Shown here piece by piece: positions 24,911 to 36,900 of a stretch of 64,000 bases of DNA. The stretch lies in contig DF237145.1 in the NCBI GenBank assembly GCA_000708835.1, positions 69,468 through 133,467 on the forward strand, written 5' to 3'. A program made the position numbers and the translations under genes. The first letter of the stretch is position 1. Every line of letters begins with the position of its first letter. This DNA is from Klebsormidium nitens. Taxonomy: Eukaryota; Plantae; Klebsormidiophyceae. Under the pieces are notes generated by a model that searched no databases, was not told the DNA's origin, and saw only the letters and a list, made by a program, of their open reading frames with translations.

Positions 24911-27900
24911 CTGCGGTGGCAAGGAAAAAGTTAAGAGAGAAGCTAAGAGAGAAGCGAAAGCCAACCTCCCAATCGAATTGCGGCGATGGACTCGAGTCTC
25001 GTCGAAACTTTCTACAACTCAATTCAAGCAGAACGGGCAAGTTGGACCGGTTGAGAAACTCCTTCTGCAAAGACTACTTACAAAACGAGTTTCAAGCTGG
25101 CACTGAGCTGAGGCAATCTCTTTCGATTCTTTCTGTCAGAAGAGAGCGAACTCCTTCTCTATTCATGCCTTTATCGTCTTTTTCCAGGCGTCTCAATGAT
25201 CGCAGTAGCTTGCTATCGAGGAGAGCCCATCAATGAATCTGGAAGTCCTCTCTTCTAACTTAAGCTTCTTTTGGTCTCCGCTTACCCGTTTCAGGCAGCG
25301 GAGGGGAACCCCCCAGCGTGTGCTTCGGCCCCGTGACGAGGTAAGAGATCATGATACCCTTGCCCTTGATGTGAATAGGCTCTCGCTCCTGGCAGGAAAA
25401 GTCTTCCGCGATCTCGTCCCGGGTCTCCTTGGAGATATTCACACAGCCCAGCACGCCGTTGGTCTCCATGCGGCTGGCAACGTGCGGTCATATCGTGTCA
25501 AGGAGAATTTCACAACCCTTTTCAGAGGACGCGTTAACGGATAATGAATGTGACAGAAGGGTTGCGGTTGCCCGAAAACAGTCCGAGTCTTGGAAAGAAG
25601 AAGTGTCAGGGCATTCCTGAAGCAGCAGACTTAACTGTTTAGCGACAAGCGGCGTGATAAACAGGCCCCATGTGCTTGACATTCAAAGAAGATTGAAAAG
25701 AAGCTTGCTGGGTATCGAGAGCGAGACTTCAGAATCATTCCGACTGCCGAAGCGTCCTTCAGCGTCAATTTCCCCCTCCTAACACAGACATCATATCAAC
25801 AGACCAGGGGGCAAGGGAGTGCTTCGGAGGATGTATTGACTGTGTCGCCCCAAATATCGTAGATGAACTTCCGTGTTCCTGCAGAACATGTAAGGAAAAC
25901 CCTCAGCCCTGCTTGCCAATCGATGAGTCCTTGGAGACGATGTAAACATAAATGCCCGCAATATTGTACTATTCGGACCGAAGACTTTAGAAAGTGGGCG
26001 ACCATGATTGGCGCTTATTCGCCAGGTGCCGGCGTGCAGAAAAGGCACGAGTTCAAGAGAACCAGACCAGCAAAACTCAGCATTCATGCTGGCACGCCGA
26101 GAAAGCCTAAAGTCTCGACAAACATCACCCAATCCAATTCCGGAAGTTCCTTTTCCGCCCCGCCCCATGCTTAAACAACGCACGGGCTTGAGATAAGTGT
26201 CCATCCCGAGTGGTTGCTACACACAAGCAGACTCGTTCATGGTAAATGCTAGGGTGTCTCTCCACCTGTAAGTTCAACAACCACCGGCCCAGTTTTCAAA
26301 ACATGGCGCGCGTCGATGCTGAAGCCAAAGATAAGGGCAAAAGCACGCACTTCTATCACCGTCGCAACCAATCTGATAAGAGCAGAAAGGAAGCACAAGT
26401 TTCCATGACCGAACCCAAATATCACAAGCAACCCCGGACCCGTATATCCACACCAAAGCGCGCGTCATGCTGGACCCCAACATGAAGCAAATCTTTTTTA
26501 CTGTCATCAACGCAAATAACGAGAAAGAAGAAGAGGGTTGTACGTAACCCAACCCGATTATCACCTGTAACCCCTGCCACGACCGGCCCCGTATTTACAC
26601 CGAATCGCGCGTCGATGCTGGACCCCAGCATGAGGTTGATCTGCTTAATGGAGAACGCCAAGTCGAGCGCCATTTGCACCGTCGCGTGCGCGTGGTCTAA
26701 GCGCTCGCGCGGAAGCCCGCACGCGGCCATGTAGCCGTCCCTGTGCAGAGGAGTCTAGTGTTTAGGCTTTTAGGGTTTTAGGGAGATGGACCGTCGCTTG
26801 CGCGTGGTCTAAGCGCTTGCGCGGAAGCCCGCACGCGGCCATGTAGTCGTTCCTGCGCAACACGGTCCGTTTTGCGCGGCGCCTCCGTTTTACGTGGTCG
26901 TTTCCTTTGCGCCGTGTCACAATGAGCGTCTTGATGTGGTGTTACCGTCATATAACATGCGGGCGATCGAAGAAAGGCGGTGTCCTAGGATCACTAAATA
27001 GGCGTGCCCCGTAAACGAAATCTCCTTAATACTAACGCGTTTTAGCGATCCTTCTGAGCTTTGCCTACCGTGAGAAACGCTCTTCTTTCCTTCGACCCCT
27101 TGTCTTTGTCAGCTTCTTGATCCTTCTCAGAACATGCTTTCCTACTCCTTTCTGCTCTTGCTTCCCGCTACTTCTGTTCTTTCACGTTCATTACATCTGG
27201 ATCAATTACCGCTTAAACGATCTGCAGTCCCAGAAGATCTTGATTGACCATGTCTTTCATACGTTGAGAAAGGTCGAGTTGTTGAAAAGTCATCTCGACG
27301 GACTTACCCAATGGTCTTGATTTTCTGCACACGAACAAACGAAGGTAGCGTCAGGAGCCAAATCAGCAGTGACAAGGTGAGGTTTGCAATTCCGCTGATT
27401 GAGATCAAAACCGATACAGCTCGCTGTGACCTATCAGCAACCATTCTTGAATTACCCAGCAATTTACTTTTGTGCTCCCTTGTTAGTCTCAGTTCGGCAA
27501 TGCTGGGAACCCGTTTCAAACAGAAATGAACACCGTTCTATAAGGACCACGAGGAGACTACGGCTCACAAAACTGATGAGCTGTCAATCGCTCGGGACAA
27601 ACCTAATATTCTTACCTCTCCGCCGTGCCGCCCCACGATGCTATCGAACACAGCATGCTGCAAAGGGGCGAGAGGAAATCAGCTCCTTATGCGACGGGCA
27701 CGAGGAGACCGGAAACAGAACCTGAATCATTTGCAGGAGGAGAGCAACAATGTCGAAAGAAACATATGAACGCGCAGAAAGATGGAGACGAAGGGCTGCT
27801 AAAGCTCGCACTCGTCATGTGCATTTCATTTTACTTGCTTTGACAGAACCGGACAGAAGGTATTGCACAGACCAACCAGGGTCCTCACTCCAGACCGCAG

Positions 27901-30900
27901 TTCAAAACGCCCGCCTCAACTCACCCACTTTCAACCAAAGCCAAAAAAAGAAACCGACGCTTCTCGAAAACACCAGTTTGCGACTCACGATCATGGAGAG
28001 CTTCCCGACGAGTTCTTCCGGGCCCATGGTCGCAGACCACCGGGTGAAGTTCTTGATGTCCACAAAGAGGATGCTCGCCCGGTGGAAGCTTTCCGCGATT
28101 GACGGCGCGCTCCACGGGTGCCGCGACTCGCGCAGGCTGGAGAAGACGTCCGTCGCGCTCGGGCCGCGCGTCTGCAGCTGCTCGATGACCTTCGCGGGTA
28201 AGATGTTCAGAAGCAGGTCCTGAAAAACAAAAAGGGTCTGGACCTTTGAGGTCTAGAGTCTATCCCCTTGCTCATTCGTTGTTCCATTGTGAAAGTAGCT
28301 AGTTGCTGGGTGCACGGTGCTGTCATAGAGGGACGGGTGCAGTCGCGCTCGAGCAGGCGTCTGAAGCAGCTTGAGCTTTCGCAGGGCAAACGTTGAGGCG
28401 GGCGTCAAAATACCAACATTTCGTAGTTCGAGGGTCTCCCCTGCCCTCTTCATCACTCATGAAAAGCTATAGCAAGCTTCCACTCAAGACTTCGTCTCCG
28501 GCCGCCTCTCCACATGTGACGTCACGCTCACGTCGGCCTTGCGCTTGCCCTCTGCCAGCTGGCGGTTTGTCTCCTCCATGGACTTGGCGTGCGCCCACCC
28601 CTGCAGGTAGTACCGCACCGCGTACCAGCACGCCGCGGCCGCGCTGCCGCCCACCAGCAGCGCAACTAGAGCGAGGACGTCCTTCCGCTCGTGCCTGCAG
28701 CCAAAAAGTAAGATTCCTTGAGTTCTACGTCGTTATTGGCAGCACGCCGCGGCCACGCTGCCGCCCACCAGCGGCGTAACTAGAGCGAAGACGCAAAACG
28801 AAAGAACAGCTCGAAGACGCAGGTGGACGGCAGTTGCAGCGTTGCACAGCCCCTTTCTAAACGGTAAAGTCGATTGCTCCTCGTCTAGACTAGACTGATT
28901 CGCAAGCTTGAGGAAAATGCTACTTCTCACTAGAAAAGAACACTCTCGATTTAAACGGTCACGCCACTTCTCACAAAGGGGACCGTCCTCTCTCGCATCA
29001 GACGGTCAAGCTACTTCCCGCCACTGGAGGGAGGATCTTGAATTAACGCTAACGCTACTTCTCACCAAGGAGGAAAACTGTCGGATCGGACGGTACCGCT
29101 GTCTTTTACCAAGGGCATATAATCTTGTTTCAGACGGTCACGCTACTTCGCGTCAAAGGGAACGCACTTCTTATCAAGGGGGAAAGATATCGAATCGGAC
29201 GGTAACGCTGTTACTCACCATGGGGGGATGATCTCAAATCGGACGGTCAGCGGCTCAAAATACTTGTGATGGACGTCCGCCCCCACGATCTCAACGGACG
29301 CACGTCCACACTGATCAAAGGAGAGAGAGAGGCGAGACGGGTCGGCCCTGCAAATTGAAAGGACCGTTCTTTTAGAGTAAAAGCAGGGGAAATGGCGGAA
29401 ACAAATTCGCAGAGAAGATATCATTCGCTGAAAACTAGGAGGCCGCTAGGTTGATGTTGCACGATGGTTGCACGAGCATCTTGATGTGGCCTTTTTGTGG
29501 CTCTGTGTTTCTGGTCAGCTTTGCTTGGAGCTAGGTAGAAACAAGAAGGGCTCCAAAAGCTGATTTCTCCAGAAAGCACAGCATCGCGAACGACTCCTTA
29601 CGGCGTTGAAACTCGGATCGTCAGCTGAGCACCTGCAAAGAGCGATACAAGGCTGACCAAAAGAGAAGGCTACCTAAAAGAGAGGTCTAGCATAGAACGC
29701 GCATGCGAAAACAGCTCATCTTTGCCTCCTCAACGAGGGGACTTTTCCTGTAATAGTGGTCAAAAAGTTTAAGGAAATGAGAAAACCTCACAGCAAGCTG
29801 GAAGGGTTTCTAAGGTTGCGCATTGTCACCTCGGGAAAGGTGCCCAGGACTTTTCTTCCCGGTCTCCCGGAACCAGAATCCGGTAGGCGTAAGCGGGATT
29901 GCAACCGGGCAGTTCGTGGTCCACCGGGCGGATGTCTAGTTCTACGAGCTGGAGCCTTCGAACTCTCTGGAGAAAGCGTACCCCGGCACTTTTTCAGGCA
30001 GCAGAAACTCTCCAGCGGAATGGACGGGTACACTGAACGTGAATGTCTGTCGAAGCGTTGAGTCTTGTAGACTACCTCACTGAGAGGAGGTCGCTTCTTC
30101 AAACCCTTCCAGAGAAGGCCGTCAGCGCAGGGGAAACCTCTTTTGAGTGCTTTCCTCGGTACCACAAACATGAATTTCGATGGGTTAAAGTGCTGGACAG
30201 ATGCATCAAGTGGAGGTCGCCTCTTCACTTCTGTTTCGTCGGGAATGTCTCGGCACTCCGTGCGCGTATAGCGGAACGGGCGCAAGCACAAACTCGAGCC
30301 CTGGCAGAGTTTCTGACCGTTGCGTGACGTCAGCAGAGCTTGGACGTCTCACCAGGTCCCCTGCTGGGCTGACTCCGTCTTGGCCCGAGGGCTTGAAACG
30401 GATGCGGCGGCGCGGAAGAGACCAAGAACTGTCGCGGGGGAAGCGAACGGCCACTTCAGTTCCCGAAACTTTCAAAGATGCAGACTCGCACGATTCGGCA
30501 CCAGAAATTTCAAAATTATGCCGAAACGACACCGAGAGCCGTTTGCGGTGCAGGATATTCGCAAAAGCGCAGGGTTAAGCTCAGAGATCTTCCGCCAAAA
30601 ACTCCATCTCCCGCTCGCAGTAGTGCCGAGTCCCTCGATGCGGAAGAGATGCCGAGTCACATAACGGACGGCTTTCCAGATGTCCTCATGCGGGCACCTC
30701 TAATTCAACGGACGCTTTCCATCTCTGTAAAATGGGGTGTCTTTCTGTTTTACGTACAACGAAGCGTCCCACAAAGCCGGTAGAGGTGAATGTCTTTGTC
30801 TGAACATCCCTATCGGAACGCTCTCACCTGAGGAACGTAAGGCCCCCTGGGCGCCCCAGCACCACTGTCCCGTCGCCCAAATGACCGACCGAGTGGACCA

Positions 30901-33900
30901 CCCGGTTGGATAGGTTCTCCCACCGGTCGTGCTGCTTGAGCGTGTTCACCCAAACCCGGCCGTCGTACGCCCCGGCGCCCTCGCCGTTGCAGCCCGCCCA
31001 GATGATCCCCCGTGAGTTGACGCCCTGGGAAAAAGGGGTGTCAATAATGTTAAGAGACGACTTTTTCCACTGGTCGTGCTGCTTGAGCCTATTCACCCAA
31101 ACCCGCCCGTCAAACGCCCCGGCCCTTTCGCCGTTGCAGCCCGCGCAGGTAACGCCTCGGGAGTTGACGCCCTGGAAAATGGGGGTGTGAGTAATAGATC
31201 AAGAAACAATCTTTGTCCCACCGGTCGTGCTGCTTGAGCGTAATCACCCACACCCGGCCGTCAAACATCCCGGCGCCTTCGCCGTTGCAGCCCGCCCAGA
31301 TAACGCCTTGCGGATTGACACCATGGGAGTGAAGGGGCGCGAAAAAGTGATACGACGACGGCTTTGATGCAATCGCGCTTAGTAAGATCATCAAAGTTGG
31401 TCGCCAATGATTCTAAAGTCGCATTCTTAGCCGGCCTAGGTGATGCTTCGAAGATTGAATACCTGAAAGAAGGGCGCATCCACCTTCGATACATTCGAGC
31501 AAGTAGGCTCCTACGTTCGTGCTCTGAGACCGAAGCATCTTTTTAAACCACTTTCAACAAAGGCACGACTTCGTCGAGCACGGATCATTCGCCAATCATA
31601 CAATTTCACCGCACCAGCCGTTGAAATCAACCGACTTTCCATGGTAGTAAAGCCCCATTTTTCGCTCGGTTCAAATCCAGTCGCCTTACCAGTGACCGGA
31701 CGTCGTTCCCCGGGAGGCCGTCCGCAGGCGTAAACGTCCGAACCACTGCGCCGCCGTCGATGACCGCGACGCCCATTTGGGTGCCCGCCCACAGCCGTCC
31801 GATGTCGTCGTTCACCAGCGCGTGCACGTCCGGGTCAGGCTACAGCGGATTCGGAGGCTTCCAAATTCAGACGCGTTGAAGGCTTGTACGGACGTTTGTG
31901 AAGAGTGTTCTGGACTCCTTTCAGAGGTGTGTACTGGACGCTCTTTCTGATCATTGTGCCGGACGCCTTTCAACGTGAATAAGGGACTCTCAGAACGGGC
32001 ACCGGGTGGTTTGCACCGTGTAGGAGACGTAAAGTTGTTGACGGGAGGAACTGAGACTGAGATCTAGGATGTTTGACGCCGGTGACAGATCTTCACGGTT
32101 TCGTTATCAAACGCCTTCCTTTGCGAAGACATTCCCTCCTCGTTGGTGATGAGCAGACACGACTTGAAGTGGTGATGAGCTTGAGTTGGGGAGGTAGCAG
32201 GTCATCGAGGCTTTTTGGGCGATGTGGCTTTTTGGGCGGTGTGACATGAAGGCTTTTCAGCCGCCTTCCCGATGTGGCGCGGAAGTCTGGATTCGCCTTC
32301 AAGGCAATCAATGCATCCAAGGAGCGCAGTCCCCTTGTTTGCTTTCGGTTCGTTTTCTATTTGCCGAGAGGGAGAAGCTCCTCCAGTATCTGAGAACATG
32401 CCGATGTCACCTCGCGGCGCAATCTGCTGACGTCTGAATACGCAGCACTCACCAGCCCGTCTGCGACGGTGATATTCCGGACGGCCGTCGTACCGTCCGG
32501 CTGCGGACGGAGCTGGGAGATTCCGCTGTCCGTGCCCACCCAAATGCAGCCGGCGCGCTTGTCTAAGTAAGAGAACAGATGCCAGACGTCAACTCAACGT
32601 CGTTGCTTCTCCTTGACCAAAGCAGTGCTCACCAATCACAATCTCCGCGCTGCTAGCCTACTGAGCATCACACGACACTTGCACTGAATCTGAAGCTGAC
32701 GGACTAATTCCAAACCAAGGCGCTATCAGGTAACTCTATGCTTCCTGAATCACTGCCCACCGCAAAACCTGGTGTCACGAGGAATATTTTTGATCTGTGC
32801 CTTCAATCTAGGGTTCCTGACATGGATCCCAAAGTTCCGTGCGTTTTTCGTACGGGACGGTGGAGCGATGTTCAGAAGCGGGTTTGAGGAAACCCAAGGA
32901 GGATTTTAAGAAATTCTGTAAGTTCACCTTCATGCACAGCCTGCACGATGTTGTTGACCAGCCCCTGTTCCGTCGTGAACCGCGTCGCGGCGCGGCCGTC
33001 CCAGGCGACTACACCGGTCTTGGTGCCGAACCTTAACAAGTAACACACGGAAGCTTTAGTCCTGGGCTGGTTGGATCTTCCCTCTGCGCGCTACCTGCTT
33101 CCCTAATAGTCCCGAGAAGCTTGAAAACACAAATTAGATGTGGTCGCTTGCTGAAAACGAGTCTACGTGGTTTTTTGAATTCCGGTCCAGCTAAAATGCA
33201 CGAAAACCCTCCTGAGAATTCTGTCTTTATCGAGGCCGCTTTCCGAAGAGGAGACTGTTGGAAAGGCGGCCGACAACTGGATTCGAAAAGGAGCGCTCGA
33301 ATTGCGCGCACAAGGGAGAAAGCCCTCACCATACGACGCCGTTCGATGCCGCACAGATGCTCCGGACGGCGTGCCCCCTGATGGCGTCCGAATCTAGAGC
33401 GAGGAACTTCCCGTCCTTCACGGAATAGTGGGCGGCCCCTTGGTCGGTTCCAACCCAGACGGTGCCCTGGAAAAGTTGCGTTTCATGAGTATCTGAGATC
33501 GAGATTCCTTATAGAGCGGATTATGTCTCCAGCCTGCCAAAGAGCAGATTGGTTGGAAATGAAAAAATTGCCTCAGAATTCATTGACAAGCAGTACTTTA
33601 GTGGCTTGTCAGTCAAGACAAGCAAGAAACAGACTGGTTCATGCCCCATTTGAACGTCCTACGCGCACTATTAACGTCAGACCTTCGAAAAGGAAAGCGG
33701 AACCGTCATACGCTCAGCTCGATATTCATAAAAGCAAGACGGCAAAAGGGGAACTCTCAATGGATCAGCACGTATGCACATGAGGCGACTCGCCGGTCCT
33801 ATAAAAGCAATTACCAGGGCTCTTGACATCAAATTTTTAAGATGTGGGCAACCCAATCCACTTACACACTTATATGCTCAGATTGTTGTCCCGAAATGGC

Positions 33901-36900
33901 AGACCGCTGAACAGATTAGCCCACATATTTACCTGAGGTGACTCGGTGATACAGTACACAACCTCTCGGGCACTTAACACAAGATTTTGAAAGGTCTTGT
34001 CCATCTAGGTAGTCAACCAACACCATTATCTGCTCAATAGGCTGTGCATAGATTGCCCAAAACGCCGATGAATCAGCCCACAGACATACCTGAGGTGACT
34101 CGGTGATACAATAAACCAGTCTCCCGGGCACTTCCTGGCCCATACGAAGTACCCGGGAGATCGCCCCGTCCGGACGCACGACGACGACGCCGAACGTCCG
34201 GGCGGCCAACCACGTGGCGTCGTTTCTGCTGTCCACGTGGACCAACGCGGGGAAAGAACTGTCCGCGAGCCGGAGCGTCCAACTTTCGTACGGGTTCCAT
34301 GAGAAGAAGCCGCACTCAGTGATCGCAGTGCCTGACAAAAGATGAAAGTGGGTTATGGGCTGGTTTGCGTTAACCAGAGGTGCTTGAGCGGCAATCTCCA
34401 GTGCCCCAACCAATCTCAAGAGAAACGTTTGGTCAACCGCGAAGGTGGACAAACCTGGTTTTCGAGTTGCATACGTTCCTCTGCGGATTATATGGGTACA
34501 ATCGATCTGAGCGACTTCGCTTGAGAGTGCTGATAAGCGTAACCTTGGGACGTGCCAACAGTGCGCAGCTCGTGCATCGCGTAACCAAAGGTGGCATACC
34601 AATTCCAGACCACGAATCCATTCACAAGAGCTCGTGGAAGCTCGCTGTTCATGGGGGATCGAGGCAGCCGTTTGATTGAACATGGAAAAAAACGGATCTA
34701 TTAGAAGGATGCGGTCGCACTTATGCAGCAGGTGGAACATCGGAAAACTCGCGGCATCAAAGTGATCAAAGTGTCAAACTTGCACCCGTTTGCCCTGCGA
34801 TCGGCTTAGGTCAGCCGAGCTAGACATCAACGCTCTTACCGAAGAAGAGCCGTCCTGTAGAGCTGCCCACGATGCTGCTGACCTCTCGCAGCGCTTCCGG
34901 CGACTCCTTGAGCCGGACGAAGCCCAGATCGTCGCCGGCAAAGAATGACACGCCTGCGGACAAGAAGTTACGTGCAAGCATGAGCACAGTGGTGTTCTAC
35001 TTCAGATTGTTGGGCCATTGGCGGAGATTGACGTGACGTCACACTGGCAGTCTGGAACGACAATTGAAGCGGAGAATACTGAGACACATTCTTCAGAGTG
35101 CGGATGCGCGCCACCCGTAGAAGTATCAGGAGTGACAAGCTGAAGAATCAGAAACTGTAGAGGCGAGGTCAATTACCAGAGTATGCCTGAAGGGCACGAC
35201 GGCGACGCCCAATCTTTCTATCCTTGCAGTGTCACGATTAGTCTGTTAACTTCCAGAATTGCCGCAGGCGTCTGCTGGTTGATCGACTTGCGACGAGGGG
35301 ACTGCCGCGAACGTATACACTCGATTCAAACGGAGATGCCAAACCCCACGCGAACGGGTCCGGGTCCTTGATACTCACCTGACTCGCTGCCGGCCCACAG
35401 GACCCCGTCCCTGTGCCGCGTCAGTGTGAAAACCCGCTCGCTCCTCCGCTTCCCCATGTCAAACCACTGCACCTTGCCACGTGGCAAGGCGTCCGCCCCG
35501 ATGTCAATACGCCCCACGCCACAACTCGTGGCGAGCCAGAGTGTGGTTTCGCCGGTGTGAAAATCTTCTACGGTGTCGAAGTCCAGAACCTCGACGTCGG
35601 ACATGCCTTGAGACGCGCCCAACTGACGTATGCTGCCGTCAGCGGCAATCCTGCGCCACGTGGCGTTGGCTCATCATCAGTCCTTGATGACGTGAAGTCA
35701 AGGCAGAGCTATCAATCCTCTCAACAAGTTCGTTAGCAGTTTTCAACTCCCCAGAACGATGTCAAAAGAAAAACGTACGGACTCTGGGGAATCCTCCTGA
35801 CACCATGCCTTGAACTGGTATATCGCCACTGGAAAAAGCTTTCTATTGGACTCCTTCAAGTCAAACACATTGAACGGTAGTTGGGAATAAAACGATCGGA
35901 GAGCCGACTTTGCGCCTGTCTTGTCAAATATTCCTCGGACGTGAGAAAACTCCTCGTTGGGGGGCCAAGCCGCAAAACAGTGTCTTAGCCGGAGTGGGCT
36001 GCCCTTTCGATGGAGATCGCGCTCGAAACGAGATGAAGAGCTTTCTGTAGCAGATTCCTAGCGCGCACTAGATTGCGCTTCGAAATGACAGGGAAAACGG
36101 AAAAGCGCTCACCAAGAGAAGCCGCTCCTGTGCCCCACCCACGTGTTGCCCGCCGTGTCCGCTTTGATCGCCGTACACGTGGACGGTCGTAAGCCGTCCG
36201 ATGAGGAGAAGGTCCGCCACGTGCCCAGCAGTGGGTTGTGACACGCAACCCCCTTCTGCAAGGGTCAAACGAGTCAATGAAATTTGTCTTCATTTCGAGT
36301 CGAATTTCTTCGGAGCACACGGTACAGAATAGCGTGTGCTTCTCGAAGGCCTTATCTGAGGATTTTCCACAGCCACCTACTCAAGACGTGGAGCGAAACA
36401 CAAAATCTGCATATTCAATAACTCAGGGTGCTTCAGAACCGTCGGCTGTTATGCCAGATGCTCGGCAAAAGCGTACCGCAACCTCTGAAAACAAAGAATA
36501 TTCAAAGGCACCTCAAATCAGCAGGTCGCGGATCTGCTTTGCGTTCATGTCAGTACGGTGGAGGGGACAAGGAAGACTCGAAAGCCCTAGAAAAGCTTAC
36601 TTACCTCAGTGGCGAACCAGACCGTTCCGTCCGTCGGACGTACCGACACTGCCTCGACGTTGCTGGACGGAAGACCGTCGTTGACTGTGAAGTGCTGCAC
36701 AGGCGATGGCGACAGGGCTTGTAACATAGTGAAAACGCGAGAAGATGTGCGGACGTTGATGATGACAATGCTTACTAAGAGCGCGTCGGCGGGCCGTTGA
36801 AGACACACAACTTCGGCGACAAGAGCAGTCACGACACACATTGGGCGGCCGAGGCAGGTTTGAAGACGGGATATAACCGTTGATCCCCCCAGGGGTCTGG

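Noticed and set aside
25796-25834. ORF-track reading DTVNTSSEALPCPLVC suggesting a catalytically dead or pseudogenised cyclase
   Set aside because: Better explained by the U12-type intron, which restores NVASR. The rest of the gene shows no frameshifts or stops in the exons I traced.
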